Shown here piece by piece: positions 37,448 through 48,528 of a stretch of DNA of 64,000 nt (the stretch's first letter is position 1; each line of letters opens with the position of its first letter). The stretch is taken from positions 467 to 64,466 of the forward strand of contig JAIFND010000020.1 of the NCBI GenBank assembly GCA_020047915.1, written 5' to 3'. Source of the DNA: a bacterium. Lineage in GTDB: Bacteria > Planctomycetota > UBA11346. Under the pieces are notes generated by a model. The model searched no databases and was not told where the DNA came from. It saw only the letters and a program-made list of their open reading frames with translations. The translations under genes were made by a program, and so were the position numbers.

Positions 37448-38457
37448 GCCAGTCCTGCCACCAGAGCGAGAAACCAGGCGGTCAGCGGGATGCCGAAGGC
37501 GAGGGCGAGGATCGCACGCCGCCGCAGCACGCCCTGATACATCATCAGCAGCTTGAGATCGAGGAGGGGGCCGACGACCAGGAAGCAGAGGATGGCATGC
37601 GGAGCCATGCCGGCAAAGGTCGCGGCGAGAAAGGCGTCCGTCTCGGCGCAGATCGACAGGGCGATGGCCAGGATGCCACCCATGGCGGGGCCAGCGACGT
37701 AATGCCCCCCGGTGCTGGCGATAACCTCAGGCGGAATGCTGGTTTTGGCCAGGGCCGCGAGCAGGGCGCCGAGGATGAACACCGCAGCTATATCAAGGGT
37801 ATGTCCAAGCGTGCGCCGGGCGATCGAGCCGATGCGGTCGGGCCGTTCCGCTGGCAGCGCCGTGCGCACGGCGTGGGTCGCGATGCCGGGAAGTTGCTGA
37901 GAGAGCGGACGGGCCTGCGCCAGCGAGATGCGCACACCAGCCAGACCGAAGGCAGGCGGGTTGGCGAGCACCGCCCCGGTTCCACACCGCGCAGCGATCA
38001 TGCCTGCCAGGCAGGCGATGGTGAAACCACAGGCGGCGCGCAGCGCGACCATGCGCCAGTCCTGGAAGGCCATCCAGGTGGTCGCGAGGACGATCGGATT
38101 GAGGATCGGCGCCGCGAGCAGGAAGGTGATGCACAGGTGGGCAGGAAGCCCTTTGGCGATGAATCCACGCACCACCGCGACGATGCCGCATTCGCACATC
38201 GGCAGCAGTGGCGAGGCCAGGGCGGTGCCGGGGATGGCGGCGCGGCCCAGGCGACGCGCCAGGTTGGGCAGCAGGGCGTCGGGCAGGAATTCCTCGGTCA
38301 GCGCCGCCAGCAACGCCCCAAGCAGCAGCCAGGGGAAGGCCTCCAGCAGCAGACCGTGCAGGTAGGTGACGACCCGCTCGTGCCACGGCCCGAGTTCCAG
38401 CCCCGGCGCGAACAACGCCAGGATCAGGGCTGCGCAGACGAGCAGCGCGCGGTTCAT
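37441..38457 (-). CDS. Permease of UPF0718/ArsP-like family
   Basis: 338 aa polytopic protein. LPMCECGIVAVV and LLAAPILNPIV motifs typical of this permease family. Confidence 0.78.
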   Translation of the reverse strand: MNRALLVCAALILALFAPGLELGPWHERVVTYLHGLLLEAFPWLLLGALLAALTEEFLPDALLPNLARRLGRAAIPGTALASPLLPMCECGIVAVVRGFIAKGLPAHLCITFLLAAPILNPIVLATTWMAFQDWRMVALRAACGFTIACLAGMIAARCGTGAVLANPPAFGLAGVRISLAQARPLSQQLPGIATHAVRTALPAERPDRIGSIARRTLGHTLDIAAVFILGALLAALAKTSIPPEVIASTGGHYVAGPAMGGILAIALSICAETDAFLAATFAGMAPHAILCFLVVGPLLDLKLLMMYQGVLRRRAILALAFGIPLTAWFLALVAGLAW

Positions 38458-38478
38458 GGGTTTCCGCGCCTTGGCCGG

Positions 38479-40740
<2,262 letters not shown>

Positions 40741-40869
40741 TCATCCAGCCGGGGAGGCAAATCATGGCACCCCAGGGACGCTGGCAAGATCAACCGTGAC
40801 CACTCTCGCAGCCATGTCGCTCGCCTAGACCTTGCCAGATGCTGTGGTGGCGGCCATACTGGCAGAAGC

Positions 40870-42273
40870 ATGTGGCTTTCGAAGAAACCTGCCGGCCCAA
40901 CCCCCGAAGAGCTTGCCGCCCAGCAGGAGCGCGAGCGCATCGAGGCCGCCGATGCCGAGTTGCGTCGCAAAATCACGCTGGCGCTTCAGCAGGATCCCGC
41001 CTTCCAGGTGATGACGGTCGATGGGGTGGCGTGGATCTGCCCATACACCCTGAGCGTCGTGCCCGCAGCCTTCGGCCATGTCGATCCGGCCCGCGACTAC
41101 CTCTTCGAGCACCGCCCCTTCCGCAATGCGAAGCCCAGGCCGGTCGAGGAGATCCGCCGTCAGCGCTGGAAGCTCCATCTCAAAGCCAACATCGAGTTCG
41201 AATCCCGCTTCCGCATCTCGGGGCCCGACCAGCGTTGGCTCAACCCCTTCACCGGTGCCTGGGCGAAGCTCGCGGTCAGGCCCGGAGCACCCGCCAGCGA
41301 GGTGCTGGATGCGGTCGCCGTCGTGCTGGCTGCCTGCCCCGAAGCCCAGGATGGGCGCGGGATGCTCGACCTGATCAAGCTGCGCGAGATCGAATCCAAG
41401 ATGCTGCGCGAGCAGTCCTCGCAGGTCGGCGATGCCCAGGCGGTCGGGGCTACCAAGCGGGTATCCGGCCGGGGGGACTCGGATCGGTTGCAGGCCAGCG
41501 CCGGCGACGACATGGGCCGCGCCAAGGGCATCCTCGAACGCATGCTCGCCGAGATGCCCGAGATCCCCGGCTTCGGGGTCGCGGTGCATTACGAACCGCA
41601 CAACGAGGTCGGGGGCGATTTCTTCTCTTGCGAACGCCTGGCGAACGGGAAGTGGCTGCTGGCGGTGGCCGATGTCGCGGGACACGGGGTGCAGGGGGCC
41701 TTCGTTGTCGTCGCGGCGCTTAAGGCCATGCGCTTCATCCTCAAGGAGACCCAGGACCTGTCCGAGATCCTGGTGCGGCTCAACGACAGCCTCAAAGCAG
41801 ACCTGCTGGGTGGACAGTTCGTCACCTGCTGGATGGGCATCCTCGACCACACCACGCGTCGGTTGGAGATGGTCTGCGCCGGTCATCACGCGGTCATTAT
41901 CGCCAATCCGCGCCAGGAACCGTTGGCGCGGCGGGTGATCGCCAAGGGGCCGGCCCTGGGACTGCTGCCCGGTTCGGCCTTCCGTCAGGCCCTGTGTCCG
42001 ATCACCGTCGAACTGCAGCCGGGTGATCTACTGATGCAGTGCACCGACGGCTTGCTTGAAGCCAGCAATCCGCATCGCGACGAGTTTGGTGACCTGCGCT
42101 CGGCCGGGGCTCTGCTGACGCATTGCGAAGCCGGCTTTGCCGATGCCGTGGATCGCATCGTCGGCGAAGGGCGACGCTTCGCCGCCGGCACCTTCCAGGA
42201 CGACGTCACCGTGATGGTCCTGCAGTGCGACCCACCGACTGCCCCGGAATCGGGCCCCGGTGACCCCGTCTGA
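40870..42273 (+). CDS. PP2C/SpoIIE-family protein phosphatase with unassigned ~220-aa N-terminal domain
   Basis: 467 aa. Motifs: EVGGDFF, ADVAGHGVQGA, TDGLLEA, DDVTVMVL. Confidence 0.85.
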   Translation: MWLSKKPAGPTPEELAAQQERERIEAADAELRRKITLALQQDPAFQVMTVDGVAWICPYTLSVVPAAFGHVDPARDYLFEHRPFRNAKPRPVEEIRRQRWKLHLKANIEFESRFRISGPDQRWLNPFTGAWAKLAVRPGAPASEVLDAVAVVLAACPEAQDGRGMLDLIKLREIESKMLREQSSQVGDAQAVGATKRVSGRGDSDRLQASAGDDMGRAKGILERMLAEMPEIPGFGVAVHYEPHNEVGGDFFSCERLANGKWLLAVADVAGHGVQGAFVVVAALKAMRFILKETQDLSEILVRLNDSLKADLLGGQFVTCWMGILDHTTRRLEMVCAGHHAVIIANPRQEPLARRVIAKGPALGLLPGSAFRQALCPITVELQPGDLLMQCTDGLLEASNPHRDEFGDLRSAGALLTHCEAGFADAVDRIVGEGRRFAAGTFQDDVTVMVLQCDPPTAPESGPGDPV

Positions 42274-42397
42274 TACCTCGCATCACCCTGGTAGCCGCGT
42301 GCATCCTCTGCCGTCCTGGCCTTGACCGGCCCATCTCCCAGGTCATGAGGTGTCCCCACCGGGGCACACCCCGAACCACAACCATAGGAAGATCACC

Positions 42398-42988
42398 ATG
42401 TCCCTCATCCAGAAGCAGGCTCCCGACTTCAAGGCCCAGGCCGTCCTCGCCGACGGTTCGTTCAAGGAGATCAAGCTCTCCGACTACAAGGGCAAGTGGG
42501 TCGTCCTGTTCTTCTACCCCCTCGACTTCACCTTCGTCTGCCCGACCGAGATCGTCGCCTTCAGCGACAAGATCAAGGAGTTCCAGGCGATCGGCGCCGA
42601 AGTCCTCGGCGTGTCGGTGGACAGCCAGTTCACCCACCTGGCCTGGCGCCAGGTCGCGCGCAAAGACGGCGGCCTCGGCGACCTGCAGTACCCGCTGGTG
42701 GCTGACCTCAACAAGTCGATCGCCCGCGACTACGGCGTGCTGATCGAAGAGGCCGGCATCGCCCTGCGCGGCACCTTCATCATCGACCCCAAGGGTGTCG
42801 TCCGCGCCGCCCACATCCACGACCTGCCGGTCGGCCGCAACATCGATGAAGCCGTGCGCGTCATCAAGGCCTTCCAGTTCGTCGAGAAGCACGGCGAGGT
42901 CTGCCCCGCCGGCTGGAGTGAAGGCAAGGCCACGATGAAGGCTGATCCGAAGGGCTCGAAGGAGTACTTCGCCAAGGCCTCTAAGTAA
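42398..42988 (+). CDS. ahpC: Typical 2-Cys peroxiredoxin (AhpC/Prx1 type)
   Basis: 196 aa from the ATG at 42398, with AGGAAG 7 nt upstream. Motifs [14 protein letters not shown] and HGEVCPAGW. Confidence 0.93.
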   Translation: MSLIQKQAPDFKAQAVLADGSFKEIKLSDYKGKWVVLFFYPLDFTFVCPTEIVAFSDKIKEFQAIGAEVLGVSVDSQFTHLAWRQVARKDGGLGDLQYPLVADLNKSIARDYGVLIEEAGIALRGTFIIDPKGVVRAAHIHDLPVGRNIDEAVRVIKAFQFVEKHGEVCPAGWSEGKATMKADPKGSKEYFAKASK

Positions 42989-42990
42989 TC

Positions 42991-43005
42991 AGGGGCTTCG
43001 CCCCT
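42991..43005 (+). terminator. Hairpin AGGGGC-TTC-GCCCCT 2 nt after the ahpC stop
   Basis: 6-bp GC stem with a 3-nt loop and no U-tract. The same core occurs after the kinase gene at the left window edge. Confidence 0.4.
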
Positions 43006-43179
43006 ACGGCCTTGCAGGCCTACCCCCCGAGCTTTGTCGCAACTCGGTTCCGTCGGCAAGCCTCCGGAACCGTGGCGGCATCGGCTGCGCCGATTGTATG
43101 CCGCCACCGTTGCTCGGCGCTCGCCCCATCGCTTGCGATGGGGCCCCCTGAATAGGCCTGATCATCTGCAAAGAAAAGT

Positions 43180-43210
43180 CAGCAACCCCCGGCCCTGCCG
43201 GGGGTTGCTG
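43180..43210 (+). terminator. Perfect 14-bp GC-rich hairpin (cagcaacccccggc / gccgggggttgctg)
   Basis: Read directly: 3-nt loop, followed by cgttct. It closes a ~220-nt run of hairpins downstream of ahpC and lies 100 nt upstream of the coiled-coil gene. Confidence 0.45.
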
Positions 43211-43309
43211 CGTTCTAGTGGATCACTCACGGCGTGACGCCGGGAGCCGGCTACCGCTGCCGCTCCGGTCCGGTTGGCGAGGCTTCCTGATACCTTTTGG
43301 AGACCCGTC

Positions 43310-46300
43310 ATGTCCGATCAGCAGGAGCAGAAGAATATCGCGCAGGGGCTGTCCCAGCTCGGTGAGACGACGACGGCGGCCGAACTGCTGCGGCAGAAGG
43401 GTCAGACCAAGAAGCTGCGCGTCATCAGCGAGAAGCAGCTGATGGAGTGGATCCTCAAGCTGATCAGCCAGCATATGGCCAGCAAGGCCGACGCCTTCAG
43501 TGATCTGGAGAAGGCCGAGCTGCTCAAGAAGACCCAGGAGGAGCTGAACCGGCGCATCAAGCGCGAGCAGGAGGCGCAGGCCGACCGCGACCGCATGAAG
43601 GCCGAGCTCGACCAGGCGATGGCCGCGGTCAGCCAGGTGCAGAGCGGCGCCGCCAGCCAGGCCGATGTCGAGATGGCCCTCGCTGCGCTCAAGGAGAAGC
43701 TCGAACAGGCCGAGCAGATCAACCTCGATTTGCAGCAGGACAACTACGACCTGCAGGATCAGCTCAACGAGAAGATGGCGCTGCTGTCCACCACCATCGC
43801 CGAGAAGGACAAGCTGCGCGAGACCGTGCGCCACCAGATGATGCGCATGACCACCCTGTGCGAAGGGGTGCTGGGCATCGACAACGACTACTACGGCAGC
43901 CGCCATCAGGAAGAGAACCCGGTCTCCGACGAGGCGGGCCAGGATGAGGCGTTCTATCACGACTTCGACGTCGGCGCCAAGGTCATCACCACCCTGCAGG
44001 CCGACCTCACCCGTCTGCGCGGCATCGCCCAGCACCAGCAGGAGGAGGCCGACCAGAAGGCTGGCCTGCTCGAAGCCGATCTCGCCCTGCTCGAACAGCT
44101 CAAGGCAGGCAATCTGCACGCCGTCGATGTCGCCGCGCCGGTCGCCGGACTGGTCGAAGCGATGGAAGGCGCGCGTTGCGAGGCCGAAGCCTTCGAGCAG
44201 CAGGTCGCCGAGGCGACTGGTTCGAACCAGCAGCAGACCTTCACCGAACTGCCCGACGCCACCGGCGATGCCGCCGAAGTCCTCGCCGGTGCCACGTCAG
44301 TGGTGCGCGAACTCGCTGCCAGCCTGGCGCGCAACCGCAACCGTATCGCCGCGCTGAAGTCCATCGCCGATGAAAGCGACGAGGCCCGCCACAGCGTCGA
44401 AGAGGAACTGGAGGCCGAGAAGGCCGCCCTCGAACGCGTGTGCACCGCCCTGCGCCAGCGCGCCGAAGTCGATCGCCTCATCGTGCCTGGCGTCCTGGCC
44501 AACCGTGAGGCCCCCGCCGACCAGCGCGCCGCCGCGTGCAGCGAGATCGTCGATCAGCTCCAGGTTGCCAGCCCGGTCGAAGCCGCCGCGATGGAGCAGC
44601 TCGCCCTGACCGATCGTCTGGTCAAGCCTGGCTCGGCCGCACCTGTGGAAAGCGAGGTCACCGACAAGCAGCTGGTCGCCGAACGCCTGCGCAAGGCCGG
44701 CGCCGAGCTGGAACGCTACACCGTCGATCTGCAGAAGCAGCTCGAGTATGCGGCTGTGCGCGAGCGCGCCCTGGCCGAGGCGGTGCGTACCCTGGCTGCG
44801 CGCGATGCCGGACCGGATGCTCCGGCGGTGCGCGAGCTGGAACGCTCGCTGGAGCTCAAGACCGATCCGCAGCTGCTCAACGCGGCCACGGCGAAGGCCC
44901 TCGACGTGATCAGCGCGCAGGGCGGGCAGAAGGCTGCCCAGGCCGCAGCCCTCGCCGAGGATCGCGCCATCGCGCAGGAGGTCATCAAGGCGAGCCAGGG
45001 CGACACCACCTTGGCAGACAGCGCTGCTGATCTGTCCATTGCGGCAGACAATGACGCCCCTCAGCAGGCGCTGGGCGACCAGGTCCGGGAGGCCATCGCC
45101 GCCCTTGGTAAGCGTCGTGCCAATCTCGAAGAAATGCTAGCCGCTGCCCAGCAGCAGCTGGTGACCGTGCGCAGCGATCAGGACCGCGAGTCGGCGGAAA
45201 CCCTGCGCCTCCAGGCCGAGATCGACAAGGCCCGGGCCGAGGCCCAGAAATCAGCAAACGAGATCCTGCGCCAGCGTTCAGGTCGTGAGGCGGCGCTCGC
45301 CGCCCTGGACAGCATCGCCCTTGAGCTGCAGTCCCGCGTCCCCGAGGCGCACCGTGACCTGACCGACCGGCACAGCGAACCGCAGGCCCGGGCTGCTGCT
45401 GCGCTGGCCGCCTTGGCCAAGATGACCGAGGCCCGCCCGATCGAAGCCGCCGCCATCGAAGCCACCGCCGCAATCGACCGCACCCTCGGCCGCACGGGCG
45501 CCACCTCGGCGCTGGCCAGCGATCTGCGCCTGGGCGACGAGCAGCAGACCGCGACCCGCCTGCGCGAGGCGAGCCTCGCCCTCGAATCACGCATCACCAC
45601 GACCAGCGCCGAACTTGAGGCCTCGCGTGCCCGCGAGCGCGATCTGGCCAAGCAGGTGCGCGAACTGGCCGCCGCCCAGGTGGTCAATTCCGCATCAACG
45701 GTCTCGCGTGAAGGGCTGACACGTCTGGAGAAGGCGATTGTCGATGGTGGCGACATGTCCGAGGCTGCGCGCAGCGTGGTCGCCGACCTGCGCGCCAATG
45801 TCGGCAAGTCCGAAGATCAGGCCCGCTTCGAGGCTGCACGTGCGGTTGCCGCTGAACTGGTGCGCACCGCCGAGAACGACCCCGTCATGGCTGAAGCAGT
45901 CGCCGACCTCGCGGTGTCGATCGATGGCGATGCCGCCTCGTCGCCGACCCTGGTCGAAGAGGTCCGCGACGCCGTGACCAAGCTGTCGGCGCGCAAGCGT
46001 ACCCTCGAAGCCGAGAAGTCCCGACTCGCTGCCGATCTGGAGAGCGCACGCACCGACCGGACGACGACTCTGGCCAAGGCTGAAGCCGATGGCGCTTCCC
46101 GGCAGGCCGAACTTGCCCGGCTGCAGGCCGAGTTGGCGCACCTCACGGAACAACTTGAGGAGGCGCAAGCCGAGGCGAGCGAGTTTAAGGCCCGCTGCGA
46201 AGCGACCGGAACCCAGTTCAGTGGCGACATGGTCGCCCTGCGCCAGGAAAACACCACGCTCCGTCAGCGCCAGATCGAGACGGCCGCTACCGTCACCTCG

Positions 46301-46843
46301 CTGCGCCAGGCAATTGAAGCCAATGATGTCCGACTCAAGCGGCAGCGTGAAGAACTGTCCCGTGGCTTGGCCGAGCGCGACCAGTTGATCGCCGACAAGG
46401 ATCGCACCATCGATCAGCTGTCGAACCAGCGCATCGACGGCAAGGCCCTGGAAGCCAAGGTCCAGGCCCTGACCGCCGATCTTGATTCGGCCAATGATCG
46501 CATCCGCCAGCTTGAAGGCCGCTTCGGTGATCAGGCTGGGCAGATCGTCAAGACCGGTGATCTCGCCGAACTGCACAAGCGCACGATGACCGAACGTGAT
46601 CAATTGCGCGAGCAGAAGCGCTCGATCGAAGGGGATCTGGCCGATTCCAAGGCGCGCATCGATGAGCTCGCCACCGAACTGGCCGAGCTGCGCAAAGAGC
46701 ATAAGGGGCTCGTCGAAAGCCACGCCCTGGAACTGACCACCGAACGCGAGAAGGCTGTCGCGCTTCAGGAGTCCCTGCGTAAGTTCAAGGAAGAGATCAT
46801 CGGCCTGCGTGCCCGTCAGCGCAAGGTGACGGAGCCCAAGTGA
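43310..46843 (+). CDS. Giant coiled-coil-rich protein (1177 aa), function unknown
   Basis: ATG at 43310 with GGAG 7 nt upstream. Almost entirely Ala/Glu/Arg/Leu/Gln heptad-like sequence after a ~70-aa N-terminal domain (…VISEKQLMEWILKLISQHM…). Contains an internal duplicated segment. Confidence 0.8.
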   Translation: MSDQQEQKNIAQGLSQLGETTTAAELLRQKGQTKKLRVISEKQLMEWILKLISQHMASKADAFSDLEKAELLKKTQEELNRRIKREQEAQADRDRMKAELDQAMAAVSQVQSGAASQADVEMALAALKEKLEQAEQINLDLQQDNYDLQDQLNEKMALLSTTIAEKDKLRETVRHQMMRMTTLCEGVLGIDNDYYGSRHQEENPVSDEAGQDEAFYHDFDVGAKVITTLQADLTRLRGIAQHQQEEADQKAGLLEADLALLEQLKAGNLHAVDVAAPVAGLVEAMEGARCEAEAFEQQVAEATGSNQQQTFTELPDATGDAAEVLAGATSVVRELAASLARNRNRIAALKSIADESDEARHSVEEELEAEKAALERVCTALRQRAEVDRLIVPGVLANREAPADQRAAACSEIVDQLQVASPVEAAAMEQLALTDRLVKPGSAAPVESEVTDKQLVAERLRKAGAELERYTVDLQKQLEYAAVRERALAEAVRTLAARDAGPDAPAVRELERSLELKTDPQLLNAATAKALDVISAQGGQKAAQAAALAEDRAIAQEVIKASQGDTTLADSAADLSIAADNDAPQQALGDQVREAIAALGKRRANLEEMLAAAQQQLVTVRSDQDRESAETLRLQAEIDKARAEAQKSANEILRQRSGREAALAALDSIALELQSRVPEAHRDLTDRHSEPQARAAAALAALAKMTEARPIEAAAIEATAAIDRTLGRTGATSALASDLRLGDEQQTATRLREASLALESRITTTSAELEASRARERDLAKQVRELAAAQVVNSASTVSREGLTRLEKAIVDGGDMSEAARSVVADLRANVGKSEDQARFEAARAVAAELVRTAENDPVMAEAVADLAVSIDGDAASSPTLVEEVRDAVTKLSARKRTLEAEKSRLAADLESARTDRTTTLAKAEADGASRQAELARLQAELAHLTEQLEEAQAEASEFKARCEATGTQFSGDMVALRQENTTLRQRQIETAATVTSLRQAIEANDVRLKRQREELSRGLAERDQLIADKDRTIDQLSNQRIDGKALEAKVQALTADLDSANDRIRQLEGRFGDQAGQIVKTGDLAELHKRTMTERDQLREQKRSIEGDLADSKARIDELATELAELRKEHKGLVESHALELTTEREKAVALQESLRKFKEEIIGLRARQRKVTEPK

Positions 46844-47550
46844 TGGATGAACTGGAGCTGCGCCGGCGGGTGCTGGCCGCGAATCTGGATCTCGTCCGCC
46901 TCGGCTTGGTCATCTTCACCTGGGGCAACGCCTCGGCGGTGGACCGCGAGCGGGGGCTTATGTTCATCAAGCCGAGCGGCGTCGATTACGCCCGGATGAC
47001 GCCCGAAGACATTGTGCCCGTCAGGCTTGATGACGGCACGGTCGCTGGTGGCAGCCTGCGTCCCTCCTCCGACACCCCGACCCACCTCGCCCTGTACCGG
47101 GCTTGGTCCCGGGTTGGCGGCATCGTGCATACGCATGCTGAATACTCGACCGCCATCGCCCAGGCAGGTGTCCCCATTCCGGCGCTTGGCAGCACCCACG
47201 CTGATTATTTCCATGGCGACGTACCGGTCACGCGCTCGCTGAACAAGTCTGAAGTCGAAGGTGATTACGAGGCCAATACCGGCTCAGTGATCCTCGAACG
47301 CTTCGCCAAGAGCCAACTGGATCCCATTGCCGTCCCAGGAGTCCTGGTCGATCAGCATGGCCCTTTCGCCTGGGGAGTGACGGTCGAGCAGGCGGTCATG
47401 CACGCCGGGACGATGGAGCATCTCGCCAAGATGTTCGTCCACACCGCTGCCGTCGCCCCGAGCCTGCGCCGGGTGCCTCGCTTCCTGCAGGACAAGCACT
47501 ACCACCGCAAGCATGGCCCGAAGGCGTATTACGGGCAGAAAGGCCACTGA
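46840..47550 (+). CDS. araD: L-ribulose-5-phosphate 4-epimerase (class II aldolase fold)
   Basis: 236 aa. It aligns by eye along its full length with E. coli AraD (FTWGNASAVDRERGLMFIKPSGVDY, PSSDTPTHLALY, GGIVHTHAEY, THADYFHG, KHGPKAYYGQ). The start overlaps the upstream stop (GTGATG). Confidence 0.92.
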   Translation: MMDELELRRRVLAANLDLVRLGLVIFTWGNASAVDRERGLMFIKPSGVDYARMTPEDIVPVRLDDGTVAGGSLRPSSDTPTHLALYRAWSRVGGIVHTHAEYSTAIAQAGVPIPALGSTHADYFHGDVPVTRSLNKSEVEGDYEANTGSVILERFAKSQLDPIAVPGVLVDQHGPFAWGVTVEQAVMHAGTMEHLAKMFVHTAAVAPSLRRVPRFLQDKHYHRKHGPKAYYGQKGH

Positions 47551-47551
47551 T

Positions 47552-47573
47552 CCGTCAGACCACTGGTCTGCGG
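47552..47573. terminator. Weak bidirectional hairpin between convergent araD and the HEAT-repeat gene
   Basis: cagacc-act-ggtctg (47556-47570) with 3 extra flanking pairs; 36-nt intergenic gap. Confidence 0.3.
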
Positions 47574-47586
47574 TTACCCAGTGAGC

Positions 47587-48528
47587 CTATTTCTTCCGCT
47601 TGATGGTACTCGTCATCGAGCGGGTGAAGCGCTGGGTACCGCGCCTGAAGCGCTGCGTGCCTTCCTTCGCCTTCTCCTTGAGGAGCAGCCAGTTGCGACC
47701 CGCCACCCAGCCACCGTAGAGCAGGGCCGCGGCGCCGATCATGATGAAGCCGACGGAAAACATCTTGGAGAAGAAGCTGCGCTCCTCGGGCGGTGGTGCT
47801 CCGCGGCGGATCGCGCCAGGACGGGACGGTTGACCGCCGACCTGATCGACCACGGCGGCAGCGGCATCCGCCGCGCTCAGCACACCTTCCGGCAGGGTGC
47901 GGTTGATATTTGCCAAGGCCACGCGCGCATAGGCCGTGTCGATGGCTGCCAGTCCTTCGCGGGCGAGGGCGACCAGGCGAGGGTCATCGCCATTGCCAAG
48001 CTCTTCCAGCAAATCGACAATCTTATCCCGGCCCGAGCGTTGCATGAGCAACGGATGCAGTGCTGAACGGGCGGCATCGAAGTTCTTGTCGAGGACGGCG
48101 ATCCGCACCTTGGAGCAGCTTCCCATCGTGGAGGTGATGATGTTGTCATGCCAGGCCGACCAGGCTTCGGGAGAATCGCCACCGCGATCGCCTCCGGCAA
48201 TGGTCGCCAGGGCAGCCCGGAAGGCATCGGAACCCTGGCCTGAGGACTCACGCATGGCGTTGATCAACTGCGGCACGGCACCGTCATCATGCAGGCTTGC
48301 CGCCGCGCTGGCGGCCGCCACACGGATGTTCGGCTCGGGATCGGCTAGGCGCATGCGGACGATCTCAATCTCACGGTTCGAGCTGGGAGGCCCGCGCCGG
48401 GCGAGTTCGAACAACGCCGGCATGGCGACAGTCTTGTCCGTCGAGGACAAACGGTCTCCGAGCTCCTGCTGCTCTCCGCCAGAAAGAATGGTGACCAGCA
48501 GTACGAGGATGGCGAGACGGATGGTCAT
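47587..48528 (-). CDS. Secreted HEAT/PBS-lyase-repeat protein with C-terminal TM and basic tail
   Basis: 313 aa. Signal peptide MTIRLAILVLLVTILSG. HEAT-like repeats (DPEPNIRVAAASAAASL..., GDDPRLVALAREGLAAI). TM helix VGFIMIGAAALLYGGWV. ATGA overlap with the upstream gene. Confidence 0.7.
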   Translation of the reverse strand: MTIRLAILVLLVTILSGGEQQELGDRLSSTDKTVAMPALFELARRGPPSSNREIEIVRMRLADPEPNIRVAAASAAASLHDDGAVPQLINAMRESSGQGSDAFRAALATIAGGDRGGDSPEAWSAWHDNIITSTMGSCSKVRIAVLDKNFDAARSALHPLLMQRSGRDKIVDLLEELGNGDDPRLVALAREGLAAIDTAYARVALANINRTLPEGVLSAADAAAAVVDQVGGQPSRPGAIRRGAPPPEERSFFSKMFSVGFIMIGAAALLYGGWVAGRNWLLLKEKAKEGTQRFRRGTQRFTRSMTSTIKRKK

